NCBI GenBank assembly: GCA_902566315.1 | Contig: CACFIL010000001.1 | Coordinates: forward strand, 7,977-71,976 | Reading direction: 5' to 3' | From: an uncultured Pelagibacteraceae bacterium | GTDB taxonomy: Bacteria; Pseudomonadota; Alphaproteobacteria; Pelagibacterales; Pelagibacteraceae | Length of the DNA stretch: 64,000 bases | Part shown: positions 54,653 through 64,000 of the stretch, piece by piece | Numbering within the stretch: the first letter of the stretch is position 1 | Layout of the letters: each line of letters opens with the position of its first letter | Translations under genes and position numbers: made by a program | Notes under the pieces: generated by a model | The model's database searches: none | The model's input: only the letters and a program-made list of their open reading frames with translations | What the model was told of the DNA's origin: nothing

Positions 54653-56026
54653 ATGACTTTAGTAAAAAAAATTAAAGATAAAAAAGTTAACTTTGAATTC
54701 AATAAAGAATTTATCAAAGTAGTGACAGACAAGATTTCCACGAATGATGCAGAATTTATTACTAATTCATTTAATGATATGCACCCTGCTGATGCAGCTG
54801 ATATTATTGAACATTTAAATGAAAACGATAGAGAAAGTTTAATCAAATTAAATAATTTTAAAGTTGACCCTGAAGTTTTCGTTGAACTGAACGAGTCAAT
54901 ACAATCTGAATTAATTGCATATTTATCATCTGAGTCTATTGTAAATATATTAAAAAACCTAGAATCTGATGACGCAATTAAAATTTTAGAAAATGTTGAT
55001 GAAAAAGATAAGAATACTATTTTAGGGTCACTTCCACCTAAAGACCGGTTCGCTTTATTAGAAAGTTTAAGCTACCCAGAAGACTCAGCTGCACGAATAA
55101 TGCAAAGAGAATTTACTGCCATACCAAGCAATTGGTCAGTTGGTCAGACAATAGACTATTTAAGAGAAAATAAAGATTTACCTGAGGAGTTTCTAGAAAT
55201 CTTTATTGTAGATGAGAACTTTAAGCCTATTGGAACTGTGCCATCTTCAAAAGTACTAAGAACTCCAAGAGAAGCAAAAATGATGTCTATAATGTCTGAG
55301 TCTCAACTTTTAATACCTGTTGATATGGATAAAGAGGAGGTTGGAAACTTATTTGAAAATTATAATTTAAGCTCAGCTGCAGTCACTGATAAAAATGATA
55401 AATTGGTGGGCATGATAGCTTATGATGATGTTTTGACTGTACTTAAAGAAGAAGCTGAAGAAGATGCATTAAGACTAGCTGGAGTAGGCGATGAAGAAAT
55501 AACTGATGGTGTAGTTACAAAAACTAAGCGAAGATTTAATTGGCTTTTATTAAATTTATTTACAGCTTTTTTAGCCACTTATTTTATTAGTTTATTTGGC
55601 GCTACAATAGAACAGATGGTTGTTTTAGCTTTTTTAATGCCTATTGTTGCATCAATGGGTGGTAATGCTGGTATGCAAACATTAGCCGTAACTGTAAGAG
55701 CTTTAGCTACACAAGATTTAACAAAAAATAATTTTACTAATAATATAATTAAAGAATTTAACATAGGTGTTTTAAATGGAATCATCTTTGCAATTATAAG
55801 TTCTTTAATTGTTTATTTCTGGTTTAGTGACATTCAACTTGCATTAATAATATCAATATCAATGGTTTTAACAATGATAGTTGCTGGGCTTTTTGGAATT
55901 TTAATACCAGTAACTCTAGAAAAGTTTAACATAGATCCTGCAATTTCTTCTAGCGTTTTTGTGACTACGATAACAGATGTAATAGGTTTTGTTTCTTTTT
56001 TAGGAGTTGGTGCTTATTTTTTATAA
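54653..56026 (+). CDS. mgtE: magnesium transporter MgtE
   Basis: N-domain, CBS pair, GGNAGMQ, DPA..S..FVTT.TD. Confidence 0.95.
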   Translation: MTLVKKIKDKKVNFEFNKEFIKVVTDKISTNDAEFITNSFNDMHPADAADIIEHLNENDRESLIKLNNFKVDPEVFVELNESIQSELIAYLSSESIVNILKNLESDDAIKILENVDEKDKNTILGSLPPKDRFALLESLSYPEDSAARIMQREFTAIPSNWSVGQTIDYLRENKDLPEEFLEIFIVDENFKPIGTVPSSKVLRTPREAKMMSIMSESQLLIPVDMDKEEVGNLFENYNLSSAAVTDKNDKLVGMIAYDDVLTVLKEEAEEDALRLAGVGDEEITDGVVTKTKRRFNWLLLNLFTAFLATYFISLFGATIEQMVVLAFLMPIVASMGGNAGMQTLAVTVRALATQDLTKNNFTNNIIKEFNIGVLNGIIFAIISSLIVYFWFSDIQLALIISISMVLTMIVAGLFGILIPVTLEKFNIDPAISSSVFVTTITDVIGFVSFLGVGAYFL

Positions 56027-56839
56027 CTAATAATTATCAATTAATCTAACATTATCTATTTTATAAGCCACAAAAAGCCTATACTTATTTTTGAAATTAT
56101 TAAGCTTTAAATTTTTTTCGTCTCGAAATTCTAAATAATCTACTTCAATATTGTATTTTTTTTCTAATTCTTTTTTGTAATCAGATAAATTAAAAGCTAA
56201 TTTAGAACCTTGTAATCTTGATTTATACTTTATTTTTTTTAAAAATAATGCGATTTCTTCGGCTTTTTTAAGGGAACTTTTTTTTAATAATTTGTTTCGT
56301 GTTGATAGCGCAATTTTGTTATTTATTCTGATAGTAGGGCATGAATTAATACGTACCTTAAATTTTTTTGATAGGAATTTTCTTATTAGATATAACTGTT
56401 GATAATCTTTTTCACCCATATACAAATCTTTTGATTTTATAATGCTCAGTAATCTATTCATAATATTTAGAACACCCTCAAAATGACCAACTCTAAATTT
56501 CGCACACATAATCTTGTCTTTTTTTTTTAAATTAAATTTCTTTGCCTTAAATTTGTACATATCTTTAGCATTAGGTGTAAATAAATATTCAACTTTTAAT
56601 TTTTTTAATATAGCAATATCATTCTGAATATTTCTAGGATATTTCTTAAAATCATCTTTTTTATTGAATTGAGTAGGATTTACAAAAATACTTACAATAG
56701 TCATTTTTTTTTTATTTTGAGAAGCTTTTATTAAGGATTTATGACCCTCGTGTATTCCACCCATGGTAGGTACAAATCCAATATTTTTATAGTTTTTAAT
56801 TTCTTTATTTAAATCAAAAATGCTTGTAAGTATTTTCAT
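56027..56839 (-). CDS. panC: pantoate-beta-alanine ligase
   Basis: GFVPTMG..HEGH, SIFVNPTQF, GEKDYQQ, RLIDN. Confidence 0.95.
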   Translation of the reverse strand: MKILTSIFDLNKEIKNYKNIGFVPTMGGIHEGHKSLIKASQNKKKMTIVSIFVNPTQFNKKDDFKKYPRNIQNDIAILKKLKVEYLFTPNAKDMYKFKAKKFNLKKKDKIMCAKFRVGHFEGVLNIMNRLLSIIKSKDLYMGEKDYQQLYLIRKFLSKKFKVRINSCPTIRINNKIALSTRNKLLKKSSLKKAEEIALFLKKIKYKSRLQGSKLAFNLSDYKKELEKKYNIEVDYLEFRDEKNLKLNNFKNKYRLFVAYKIDNVRLIDNY

Positions 56840-56873
56840 TTTTCAAATATATGTTTATAAATAAATTATCTTT

Positions 56874-57689
56874 ATGATTAAACAAGCCATTATTCCACTA
56901 GCTGGGTTAGGAACAAGACTTTTACCTTTGACTAGTGTCTTTGCTAAAGAGTTATTACCTATAAATGGTAAGCCTGGAATTGAATATATTCTTGATGAGT
57001 GCATAGATGCTGGAATTACAGAAATAATCTTCATTATTTCCAAAAAAAAAGAAATGATAAAGAAATATTTTTATAATGACATTTTTTATAAATTATTAAT
57101 TAAAAAGAAAAAAGATCCAAGAATAATTAAAGAATATAAAAAAATTTTACAGTACAAAAAAAAAATCAAATTTGTTTATCAAAATAAACCCTTAGGAACT
57201 GGTGATGCTGTCTTAAAAACAAAAAAATTTATTAAAAATAACTTTTTTTTAATGCTCCTTCCAGATGACTTAATTATGAAAAAGAATTGCTCAAAAGATA
57301 TGATAAAAATTCACAAAAAATATAAAGCCTCTGTAATGGCTAGTATGACAGTCAACAAAAATAACGTAAATCGTTGGGGCATATATTCCTCATCTAAAAA
57401 AATTAATAATCAGAATTTTATAATTTCAGATGTTATTGAAAAACCAAACACTAAAGAAGCTCCATCGAACAATGCTGTAATTGGAAGATATATACTGAGC
57501 AAGGATATATTTAAAATTCTTAAAAAACAAAAAAAAGGCAAAGGTGGTGAAATTCATATTACGGACTCAATTAAAACTATGATTGATAATAAATCATTAT
57601 TCATTGGTCATAAATTTTCAGGAAAATATTTAGATTGTGGTTCTATGAGTGGTTACATTAATTCAACTTTAGAAATTGCAAAATTATGA
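56874..57689 (+). CDS. galU: UTP-glucose-1-phosphate uridylyltransferase
   Basis: AIIP.AGLGTRLLP...KELLP, PLGTGDAV, EKP, GRY, GE..ITD. Confidence 0.85.
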   Translation: MIKQAIIPLAGLGTRLLPLTSVFAKELLPINGKPGIEYILDECIDAGITEIIFIISKKKEMIKKYFYNDIFYKLLIKKKKDPRIIKEYKKILQYKKKIKFVYQNKPLGTGDAVLKTKKFIKNNFFLMLLPDDLIMKKNCSKDMIKIHKKYKASVMASMTVNKNNVNRWGIYSSSKKINNQNFIISDVIEKPNTKEAPSNNAVIGRYILSKDIFKILKKQKKGKGGEIHITDSIKTMIDNKSLFIGHKFSGKYLDCGSMSGYINSTLEIAKL

Positions 57690-58981
57690 AAATATGTGTG
57701 ATTGGATCAGGTTATGTGGGGTTAGTCAGTGGTGCATGTTTTGCTGATCTTGGCAACAATGTCATTTGTGTAGATAAAAACGTAAATAAAATATCTAATC
57801 TAAAGAATGGAGTAATTCCAATTTATGAACCAGGATTAGAAGAATTAATCCAAAGAAACGTAAAGCAAAAAAGACTCAAATTTTCAACAAATATATCAAA
57901 CTCAATTATAAAATCAGATATTATATTCATATGTGTTGGCACTCCAACAAAAATTAAGTCGAATGAAGCAAATCTAAAATATATATTTCAAGTAGTAAAA
58001 GATTTAAAAAAGAATTTAAACAAATATAAAATAATTGTTACTAAATCTACAGTACCAGTAACTACCGGTGATAAAATTCAAAAATTATTAACAACTAAAA
58101 CAAATAAAAAATTATTCGATGTTGTTTCTAATCCAGAATTTCTAAGGGAAGGCGAAGCTATTAGAGATTTTATGTTTCCTGATCGAGTTGTAGTTGGAAC
58201 TAATAGCAAAAAGGCTAATGATGTTTTAAAAAATTTATATTCTCCAATTATAAAAAAAAAGGGAAGATACTTTAATACATCAAGACGTGCAGCAGAAGTT
58301 ATAAAATATGCAGCTAACGGATTTCTAGCTACAAAAATTACATTTATTAATGAAATGTCAAATTTATGTGAAAAACTTAATGTTGACGTTACCGATGTTT
58401 CGTTAGGTATTGGAACTGATGAGAGAATAGGAGCAAGGTTTTTAAGAGCAGGACCAGGTTATGGTGGTTCTTGTTTTCCAAAAGATACACGTGCTTTAAT
58501 TTCTACTTCAAAAAAATTTAAAACTGATTTATCTATAGTCAAATCAACAATTAACTCTAATGAAAATAGGTATAAATATTTATTAACTAAAATTAATGAA
58601 ATATTGAATAATAATCTGAAAAATAAGAAAATAACTTTTTTAGGTGTTACTTTTAAGGCTGGTACTGACGACATGAGAGACTCAGCATCTCTAAAATTAA
58701 TTCCATATTTAATCAAAAAAGGCGCAAAAGTTTCTTACTATGAACCTACAGGAATTAAAAAAGATTTTGACAAAAAAAAAGTAGTTTATTTTAATAATAT
58801 CAAAGATGCATGTAAAAATAGTGATCTTTTAATTATTCATACAGAGTGGAATGAGTTTAAACAACTTAACTTTAATAGATTGATAAATAAGAAAAAATTT
58901 AAGATTTATGATTTAAGAAATTTATATTCACCCAAAAAAATGAAAAATAAAAATATCAATTACTTTAGCATAGGCAGATAA
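57686..58981 (+). CDS. ugd: UDP-glucose 6-dehydrogenase
   Basis: GSGYVG, PIYEPGL, SNPEFLREG, GYGGSCFPKD. Confidence 0.93.
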   Translation: MKICVIGSGYVGLVSGACFADLGNNVICVDKNVNKISNLKNGVIPIYEPGLEELIQRNVKQKRLKFSTNISNSIIKSDIIFICVGTPTKIKSNEANLKYIFQVVKDLKKNLNKYKIIVTKSTVPVTTGDKIQKLLTTKTNKKLFDVVSNPEFLREGEAIRDFMFPDRVVVGTNSKKANDVLKNLYSPIIKKKGRYFNTSRRAAEVIKYAANGFLATKITFINEMSNLCEKLNVDVTDVSLGIGTDERIGARFLRAGPGYGGSCFPKDTRALISTSKKFKTDLSIVKSTINSNENRYKYLLTKINEILNNNLKNKKITFLGVTFKAGTDDMRDSASLKLIPYLIKKGAKVSYYEPTGIKKDFDKKKVVYFNNIKDACKNSDLLIIHTEWNEFKQLNFNRLINKKKFKIYDLRNLYSPKKMKNKNINYFSIGR

Positions 58982-59443
58982 TTAATTAATTTCAAATATA
59001 GCATCAACCTCAACTGCAGCACCTAAAGGTAAACTATTAGTACTTACAGCAGCACGAGTGTGTGTACCATTATTACCAAAGACATCTTTAATTAACTCTG
59101 ATGCTCCATTAATTACTTTTGGTTGTTCGATAAAATCGTCAGTTGAATTAACAAACCCTGTTAATTTAATACATGATTTAATTTTTGATAAATCATCTGA
59201 GCATGCTTTTTTAGCTTGAGCAATTATATTTAATGCACATCTTTGTGCTGCTTTGTAAGCTTGTTCTGTATTAAAGTCTTTTCCGACTTTTCCCTTAATT
59301 AATTTACCATCAGCATCAATTGATATTTGTCCAGAAATATAAAGTAAATTTCCAGAAGTTTTTGTAGCAACATATGAACCAACTGGATCAGTTGTTTTAG
59401 GTAAAACTAAACCCATTTCTTTTAATTTTGTATCAATAGACAT
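58982..59443 (-). CDS. RidA/YjgF family protein
   Basis: ISGQ, GFVNS, NGASEL, H.RAAV...LP...VEV. Confidence 0.9.
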   Translation of the reverse strand: MSIDTKLKEMGLVLPKTTDPVGSYVATKTSGNLLYISGQISIDADGKLIKGKVGKDFNTEQAYKAAQRCALNIIAQAKKACSDDLSKIKSCIKLTGFVNSTDDFIEQPKVINGASELIKDVFGNNGTHTRAAVSTNSLPLGAAVEVDAIFEIN

Positions 59444-62010
59444 TATTTACCTTTCTTTTTCTTTTTATTCTTATCGTACTCTTTTCTTTTCTCAATTAAA
59501 ATAAGAGCTTCTTCCATTGTTAACTCAATTGGGTCTTTTTCCTCAGGTATCGTAGCGTTTAATGATTTGTATTTAATATACGGCCCATATTGACCTTTCA
59601 TAATTCTTACTGGTTTTTTATCTTCGGGGTGCTCACCGAGATCTTTAATCAAGGATGATGATATTCTTCCGGGTTTTGCCTCGGCTATTAGAGTTATAGC
59701 TCTGTTAAGGCCAATGCTAAAGATTTCTTCAACATTTTCTAAACGTGCAGATTTATTTTCACATTTTAAATAAGGTCCAAAACGACCAATATTTATAGTT
59801 ATATCTTTATCATTTTCAGGATTTTTACCTAGACTAATTGGAAGTGAGCATAAATATTTGGCTCTATCTAGATCTATACTTTTAATATCAATTCCCTTGG
59901 GAATTGATACATTTTTAAAATTACTTTCCTCTTTTTTTAATTTTTTCTTTTTCTTTTTCTTTTTTTTTTCTTCAGCATCATCAATTTCTTTTTCATATTG
60001 AAGATAGGGACCAAATCTTCCATTTTTTAAATATATGTCTTTACCTATATCAGTTTTACCAATTAATTTTGGCTCTGCTAAAATCAATTGTTGCGCAGTT
60101 TTTGACTTTGAAAGAGGTCGTGTAAATTTACAATCGGGATAATTTGAACATCCAATAAAAGCACCACCACGAAAACTATTTTTTAAACTTAATTGACCAC
60201 TATCACATAATTTACATTTTCTATTAATTTTTCCATCTTTATCGACTTCAAATATTAATGAACCTAAACTCTCATTAAGCATATCTAAAACTTCTCTAGT
60301 TCGTTTTTCTTTAACATCTGTTACATTTAAATTAAAATCTTTCCAAAATTCTTCTAAGACCTTAATCCAATTTTCTTTGCCAGCTGTAATATCGTCTAAT
60401 TGATCTTCCAATTTTGCAGTAAAATCATAATCAACATATTTTGAAAATAATTTTTCAAGAAAAGCGGAGAGCAACTTACCTCTATCGGTTGGAAAAAATC
60501 TTTTGTTTTCTATATCTGCATAACCTCTATTTGAAATAACTGAAATTATACTTGCATATGTTGAAGGTCTTCCAATTCCTAATTCCTCTAATTTTTTTAC
60601 AAGGCTTGCTTCAGAATATCTCGGTGGTGGTTGAGTGAAATGTTGTTCATCTGTAAAGTCTTTAAACTCCACTTCACCTTTGTCAACTTCAGGTAATATG
60701 TTTTCATCATCGTTATTTTCATCTATTCTTGAAATCTTTAAAAAACCATCAAATTTTAATGTTGAACCACTAGCTTTACATATGTTTTTTTTATCTTCTG
60801 ATGAAATCGTTATAGTTTTTCTATCAAATTTTGCTGACTCCATTTGTGAGGATAACGATCTTGACCATATCAGGTTATAAAGTTTGTATTGATCTGTGCT
60901 TAAATATTTTTTCATATCTTCAGGAACTCTACTAATCTCTGTTGGCCTAATAGCTTCATGAGCTTCTTGTGCATTTTTGGCCTTTTTACCTGAATAATTT
61001 AAAGGTGAAGGTGGTAAATATTTTTCACCATAATTTTGAGTAATGAAATTTCTAAAAGAATTTACAGCATCCTTTGATATATTTGTTCCATCTGTACGCA
61101 TATAAGTAATTAATCCAACTGTTTCGCCATCAACATCTATACCTTGGTACAGTCTTTGGGCAATTTGCATTGTTCTAGAGGCTCCAAAACCTAGTTTGCT
61201 GGACGATGTTTGTTGTAAAGTAGAAGTAGTAAAAGGACCTGATGGGTTTCTTGTATAAATTTTAGATATTATATCTGTAATATTATATTTTTTATTTTTG
61301 ATTACATCTAATGCTTTATTAATATTTTCTTTATTTTTAAATGAGAATTTTTCAATTTTTTTACCATCTAGTTGAGTAATAGATGTATTTATATTTAAAT
61401 TTTCCTTCGTTAAGAAATTTAGATTAAGTGTCCAAAACTCTTCTGGTTTAAAAACTTCTATTTCATGTTCTCTTTCTGTTAATAATCTAAGAGCAACAGA
61501 TTGCACTCTTCCTGCTGATTTAGATCCTGGTAATTTTGTCCATAAAATTGGCGATATATTAAAACCTACTAAATAATCAAGCGCTCTTCTTGCCATATAT
61601 GCGTCCACAAGTTCATTTTCTATATTTCTTGGATTGTCTATACCGTTTGTTACAGCTTTTTTAGTTATTTCATTAAATACGACACGTTCTACTATCTTAT
61701 CTTTAAGAAGTTTTTTTTCATTTAAAAACTCTTTGACATGCCAAGCAATTGCCTCACCCTCTCTATCTGGATCTGTAGCTAAAATAATTTTTTCTGAATT
61801 TTTAGCAGTATCTGTAATTTCTTTTAAATATTTTTTTGAAAAACTATCTACTTCCCAAATCATTTTAAAAGAATTTTTTGGATCAACAGAACCATTTTTT
61901 GAAGGAAGGTCTCTAATATGACCGTAACTTGCTAACACTGTATAATCTGAACCTAAATATTTGTTTATAGTTTTAGCTTTTGCTGGGCTTTCAACAATTA
62001 CGAGATTCAT
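59443..62010 (-). CDS. topA: DNA topoisomerase I
   Basis: LVIVESPAKA, ATDPDREGE, SAGRVQS, ITYMRTD, Zn ribbon, GRFGPY C-terminal repeats. Confidence 0.98.
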   Translation of the reverse strand: MNLVIVESPAKAKTINKYLGSDYTVLASYGHIRDLPSKNGSVDPKNSFKMIWEVDSFSKKYLKEITDTAKNSEKIILATDPDREGEAIAWHVKEFLNEKKLLKDKIVERVVFNEITKKAVTNGIDNPRNIENELVDAYMARRALDYLVGFNISPILWTKLPGSKSAGRVQSVALRLLTEREHEIEVFKPEEFWTLNLNFLTKENLNINTSITQLDGKKIEKFSFKNKENINKALDVIKNKKYNITDIISKIYTRNPSGPFTTSTLQQTSSSKLGFGASRTMQIAQRLYQGIDVDGETVGLITYMRTDGTNISKDAVNSFRNFITQNYGEKYLPPSPLNYSGKKAKNAQEAHEAIRPTEISRVPEDMKKYLSTDQYKLYNLIWSRSLSSQMESAKFDRKTITISSEDKKNICKASGSTLKFDGFLKISRIDENNDDENILPEVDKGEVEFKDFTDEQHFTQPPPRYSEASLVKKLEELGIGRPSTYASIISVISNRGYADIENKRFFPTDRGKLLSAFLEKLFSKYVDYDFTAKLEDQLDDITAGKENWIKVLEEFWKDFNLNVTDVKEKRTREVLDMLNESLGSLIFEVDKDGKINRKCKLCDSGQLSLKNSFRGGAFIGCSNYPDCKFTRPLSKSKTAQQLILAEPKLIGKTDIGKDIYLKNGRFGPYLQYEKEIDDAEEKKKKKKKKKLKKEESNFKNVSIPKGIDIKSIDLDRAKYLCSLPISLGKNPENDKDITINIGRFGPYLKCENKSARLENVEEIFSIGLNRAITLIAEAKPGRISSSLIKDLGEHPEDKKPVRIMKGQYGPYIKYKSLNATIPEEKDPIELTMEEALILIEKRKEYDKNKKKKKGK

Positions 62011-62047
62011 AATTAGTCAAACTACTTATAACTATTAATCTGTCAAA

Positions 62048-62623
62048 TTAATAAATTTTACTCTTAGTTTCTTCTTTGTTTATTAATCTTTTTATATTTT
62101 CTCTGTGCGTGTAAAAAATTAGGACAAACATAATGATGTAAAAAATTATATTACTTTGATTAAAGATTAATAAGTAGATTGGGATTGAAATTGAACCAAA
62201 TAATGAGGATAAAGATGAATATTTTGATATAAAAAAAGTTAAAATCCAAACAATTCCAAAAACTACTGCATAATAAATATTTATTGAAATCAAAATCCCA
62301 ACAAATGTTGCAACACCCTTACCACCTTTAAATTTTAACCAAACAGGGAACAAATGTCCTAAAAAAGCACAAAGCGCAGATATATAAACTAAATCAGGAT
62401 AACTTAACTTTATGTATACAACAGGCACAACAGCTTTTGCTATATCTAAAATAAGAGTTAGATAACCCAATGACTTATTTCCAGTTCTTAAAACATTTGT
62501 GGCACCAATATTTCCTGATCCTACATTTCTAATATCCTTCTTAAGTAAAATTTTTGTAAATAGATATCCAAAAGGTATAGAGCCAAATAGATAAGATACC
62601 AAAGCTGTTATTATATAATCCAT
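62048..62623 (-). CDS. plsY: glycerol-3-phosphate acyltransferase
   Basis: GSIPFG, GSGNIGATN, GH.FP..L.FKGGKGVAT, H.ENI.RL. Confidence 0.96.
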   Translation of the reverse strand: MDYIITALVSYLFGSIPFGYLFTKILLKKDIRNVGSGNIGATNVLRTGNKSLGYLTLILDIAKAVVPVVYIKLSYPDLVYISALCAFLGHLFPVWLKFKGGKGVATFVGILISINIYYAVVFGIVWILTFFISKYSSLSSLFGSISIPIYLLIFNQSNIIFYIIMFVLIFYTHRENIKRLINKEETKSKIY

Positions 62624-63912
62624 TATTCAGATTTAAATAATTCTTCACCATTAACAAATGTGCTTATCACTTTACCCTGAAGTTTTTTGTCTTCAATAGG
62701 GGTATTTTTTGATTTTGATATCAATTTCTCTTTTCTAACAACCCAAGGTTTATTTATATCTACAATACAAAAATCAGCATCATTTCCTGTTGATAAGTTA
62801 CCTTTATTTATTTTCAGTATTTCAGCTGGTTTTGATGTTAAAGCTTTTATTATAGTTTCTAGGTCTACTGATCCATTATGATATAATTCTAAGCTTAATG
62901 GTAATAATGTTTCAATCCCAGATGCACCTGTTTCTGCTTGAGCAAAAGTTAATCTTTTATTTTCCTCATCTTCTGGCTTATGATCAGAAACAATAACATC
63001 AATTGTCTCATCATTTAATCCTTGAACTAAAGCGTTTCTATCTGTTTCTGCTCTTAAAGGGGGTGATAATTTTAAAAAAGTTTTGAAATCTCCAATGTCA
63101 TTTTCATTTAATGATAAATTGTTTATAGAAACACCACAGCTGAAGTTTACTTTATTCTTTCTTTCTCTAATTATATCTACCGAGTTTGCAGATGAAATCT
63201 GTGCAATATGATACCTACAGCTATTAAATTCTAATAATGTTAAGTCTCTCTCTATAATTAATAATTCAGCACTTATTGGAATTCCTTGAAGACCAAGTTT
63301 GGTTGCTATGATACCGTCATTAATCATTCCTCCTTTTGATAATTCTGAATCTTCAGCATGTTGAATTATTAAAGATTTTAAATCTGATGCTGAATTCATA
63401 ATTCTATTCATAATTCTAGGATTTTGAATTGTTTTTACTCCATCAGTGAAACCAATTATCCCTTTATTCTGTAATAATCCAAATTCAGTCATATTTTCTC
63501 CCTCTGCTTTTACTGTTAATGCAGCTGTTGGATAAATATTAATTTTTGATTTATCTCTTCCTCTTCTTTTAAGAAAATCAACTATAGAAACATTATCAAT
63601 TACTGGGTTTGTATTAGGCATTGTTACTACTGATGTTACACCTCCTGATAAAGCAGCTTCACTAAGAGTTTTAAAATTCTCTTTATATTCATATCCTGGT
63701 TCACCAACAAAAACTCGCATATCTACAATGCCTGGAAATATGTATTTTCCATTTAAATCTATTACTTTTTCTCTAGATGGAATGTTATTCGAATTTACTT
63801 TTTTCCCGACAGCTTCAATTTTTCCATTTTCTCCAATTATTATTCCTCCAATTTCATTTAAGGAATTATGAGGGTCAATTATATTTGCATTTATAAAGTA
63901 TTTTTTTTTCAT
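62623..63912 (-). CDS. pyrC: dihydroorotase-like protein (pyrB-linked, possibly inactive PyrC')
   Basis: EPG.E.KE, GGVT.V..MPNT.P, PPLR, SDH.P. The HxH metal motif reads DMRVF. Confidence 0.85.
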   Translation of the reverse strand: MKKKYFINANIIDPHNSLNEIGGIIIGENGKIEAVGKKVNSNNIPSREKVIDLNGKYIFPGIVDMRVFVGEPGYEYKENFKTLSEAALSGGVTSVVTMPNTNPVIDNVSIVDFLKRRGRDKSKINIYPTAALTVKAEGENMTEFGLLQNKGIIGFTDGVKTIQNPRIMNRIMNSASDLKSLIIQHAEDSELSKGGMINDGIIATKLGLQGIPISAELLIIERDLTLLEFNSCRYHIAQISSANSVDIIRERKNKVNFSCGVSINNLSLNENDIGDFKTFLKLSPPLRAETDRNALVQGLNDETIDVIVSDHKPEDEENKRLTFAQAETGASGIETLLPLSLELYHNGSVDLETIIKALTSKPAEILKINKGNLSTGNDADFCIVDINKPWVVRKEKLISKSKNTPIEDKKLQGKVISTFVNGEELFKSE

Positions 63913-64000
63913 TTATTCACAAAAAATCTTTAAGCAAGCCATCCTTACCGCTACGCCTAATTCAACTTGTTCTTTTATTACACTTTTGTTTATATCGTCT
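63913..64000 (-). CDS. pyrB: aspartate carbamoyltransferase, C-terminal fragment
   Basis: Manual translation DDINKSVIKEQVELGVAVRMACLKIFCE*, the QV..G..VRMA motif. Confidence 0.92.
   Translation of the reverse strand, partial: DDINKSVIKEQVELGVAVRMACLKIFCE

Noticed and set aside
59932-59972. Low-complexity poly-T/TTC stretch
   Set aside because: Encodes the in-frame Lys-rich linker of TopA.
25156-62881. Many 60-200 aa antisense or alternate-frame ORFs inside tuf, rplJL, rpoBC, fusA, ribosomal genes, topA and pyrC
   Set aside because: Shadow ORFs of conserved genes, Ser/Phe/Ile-rich with no motifs or RBS.

Overview
AT-rich, gene-dense alphaproteobacterial chromosome segment. Gene content, tiny intergenic gaps and protein sequences fit SAR11/Pelagibacterales (inference, no database search). 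About 24-64 kb is core: tRNA-Tyr/Gly-tuf-tRNA-Trp-secE-nusG-rplKAJL-rpoBC, the str/S10/spc/alpha ribosomal supercluster, then an RluA-family synthase, lipB, mgtE, panC, galU, ugd, RidA, topA, plsY, pyrC-like and pyrB. The first 24 kb mixes core genes (purC, purB, map, sfsA, NAD kinase, rlmB, tRNA-Leu, tRNA-Thr) with accessory DNA. The main points are: (1) a ~5.3 kb glycan-modification cassette (sugar-type radical SAM enzyme, GT2, nucleotidyltransferase, Gfo/Idh/MocA oxidoreductase, polytopic membrane protein) that appears inserted in the 3' end of map, leaving a decayed map tail still TAATG-coupled to purB and overlapped by a perfect 27-bp palindrome; (2) a 1.5 kb integrase-less islet at tRNA-Thr(TGT), bounded by a 51-bp duplicated tRNA 3' end, with arm-site-like tandem repeats and two unrelated secreted proteins that share one signal-peptide module; (3) two single-base frameshifts confined to accessory genes; (4) a glucosyl/mannosyl-glycerate synthase-phosphatase pair, a pcs-like gene and several 2OG/Fe oxygenases.
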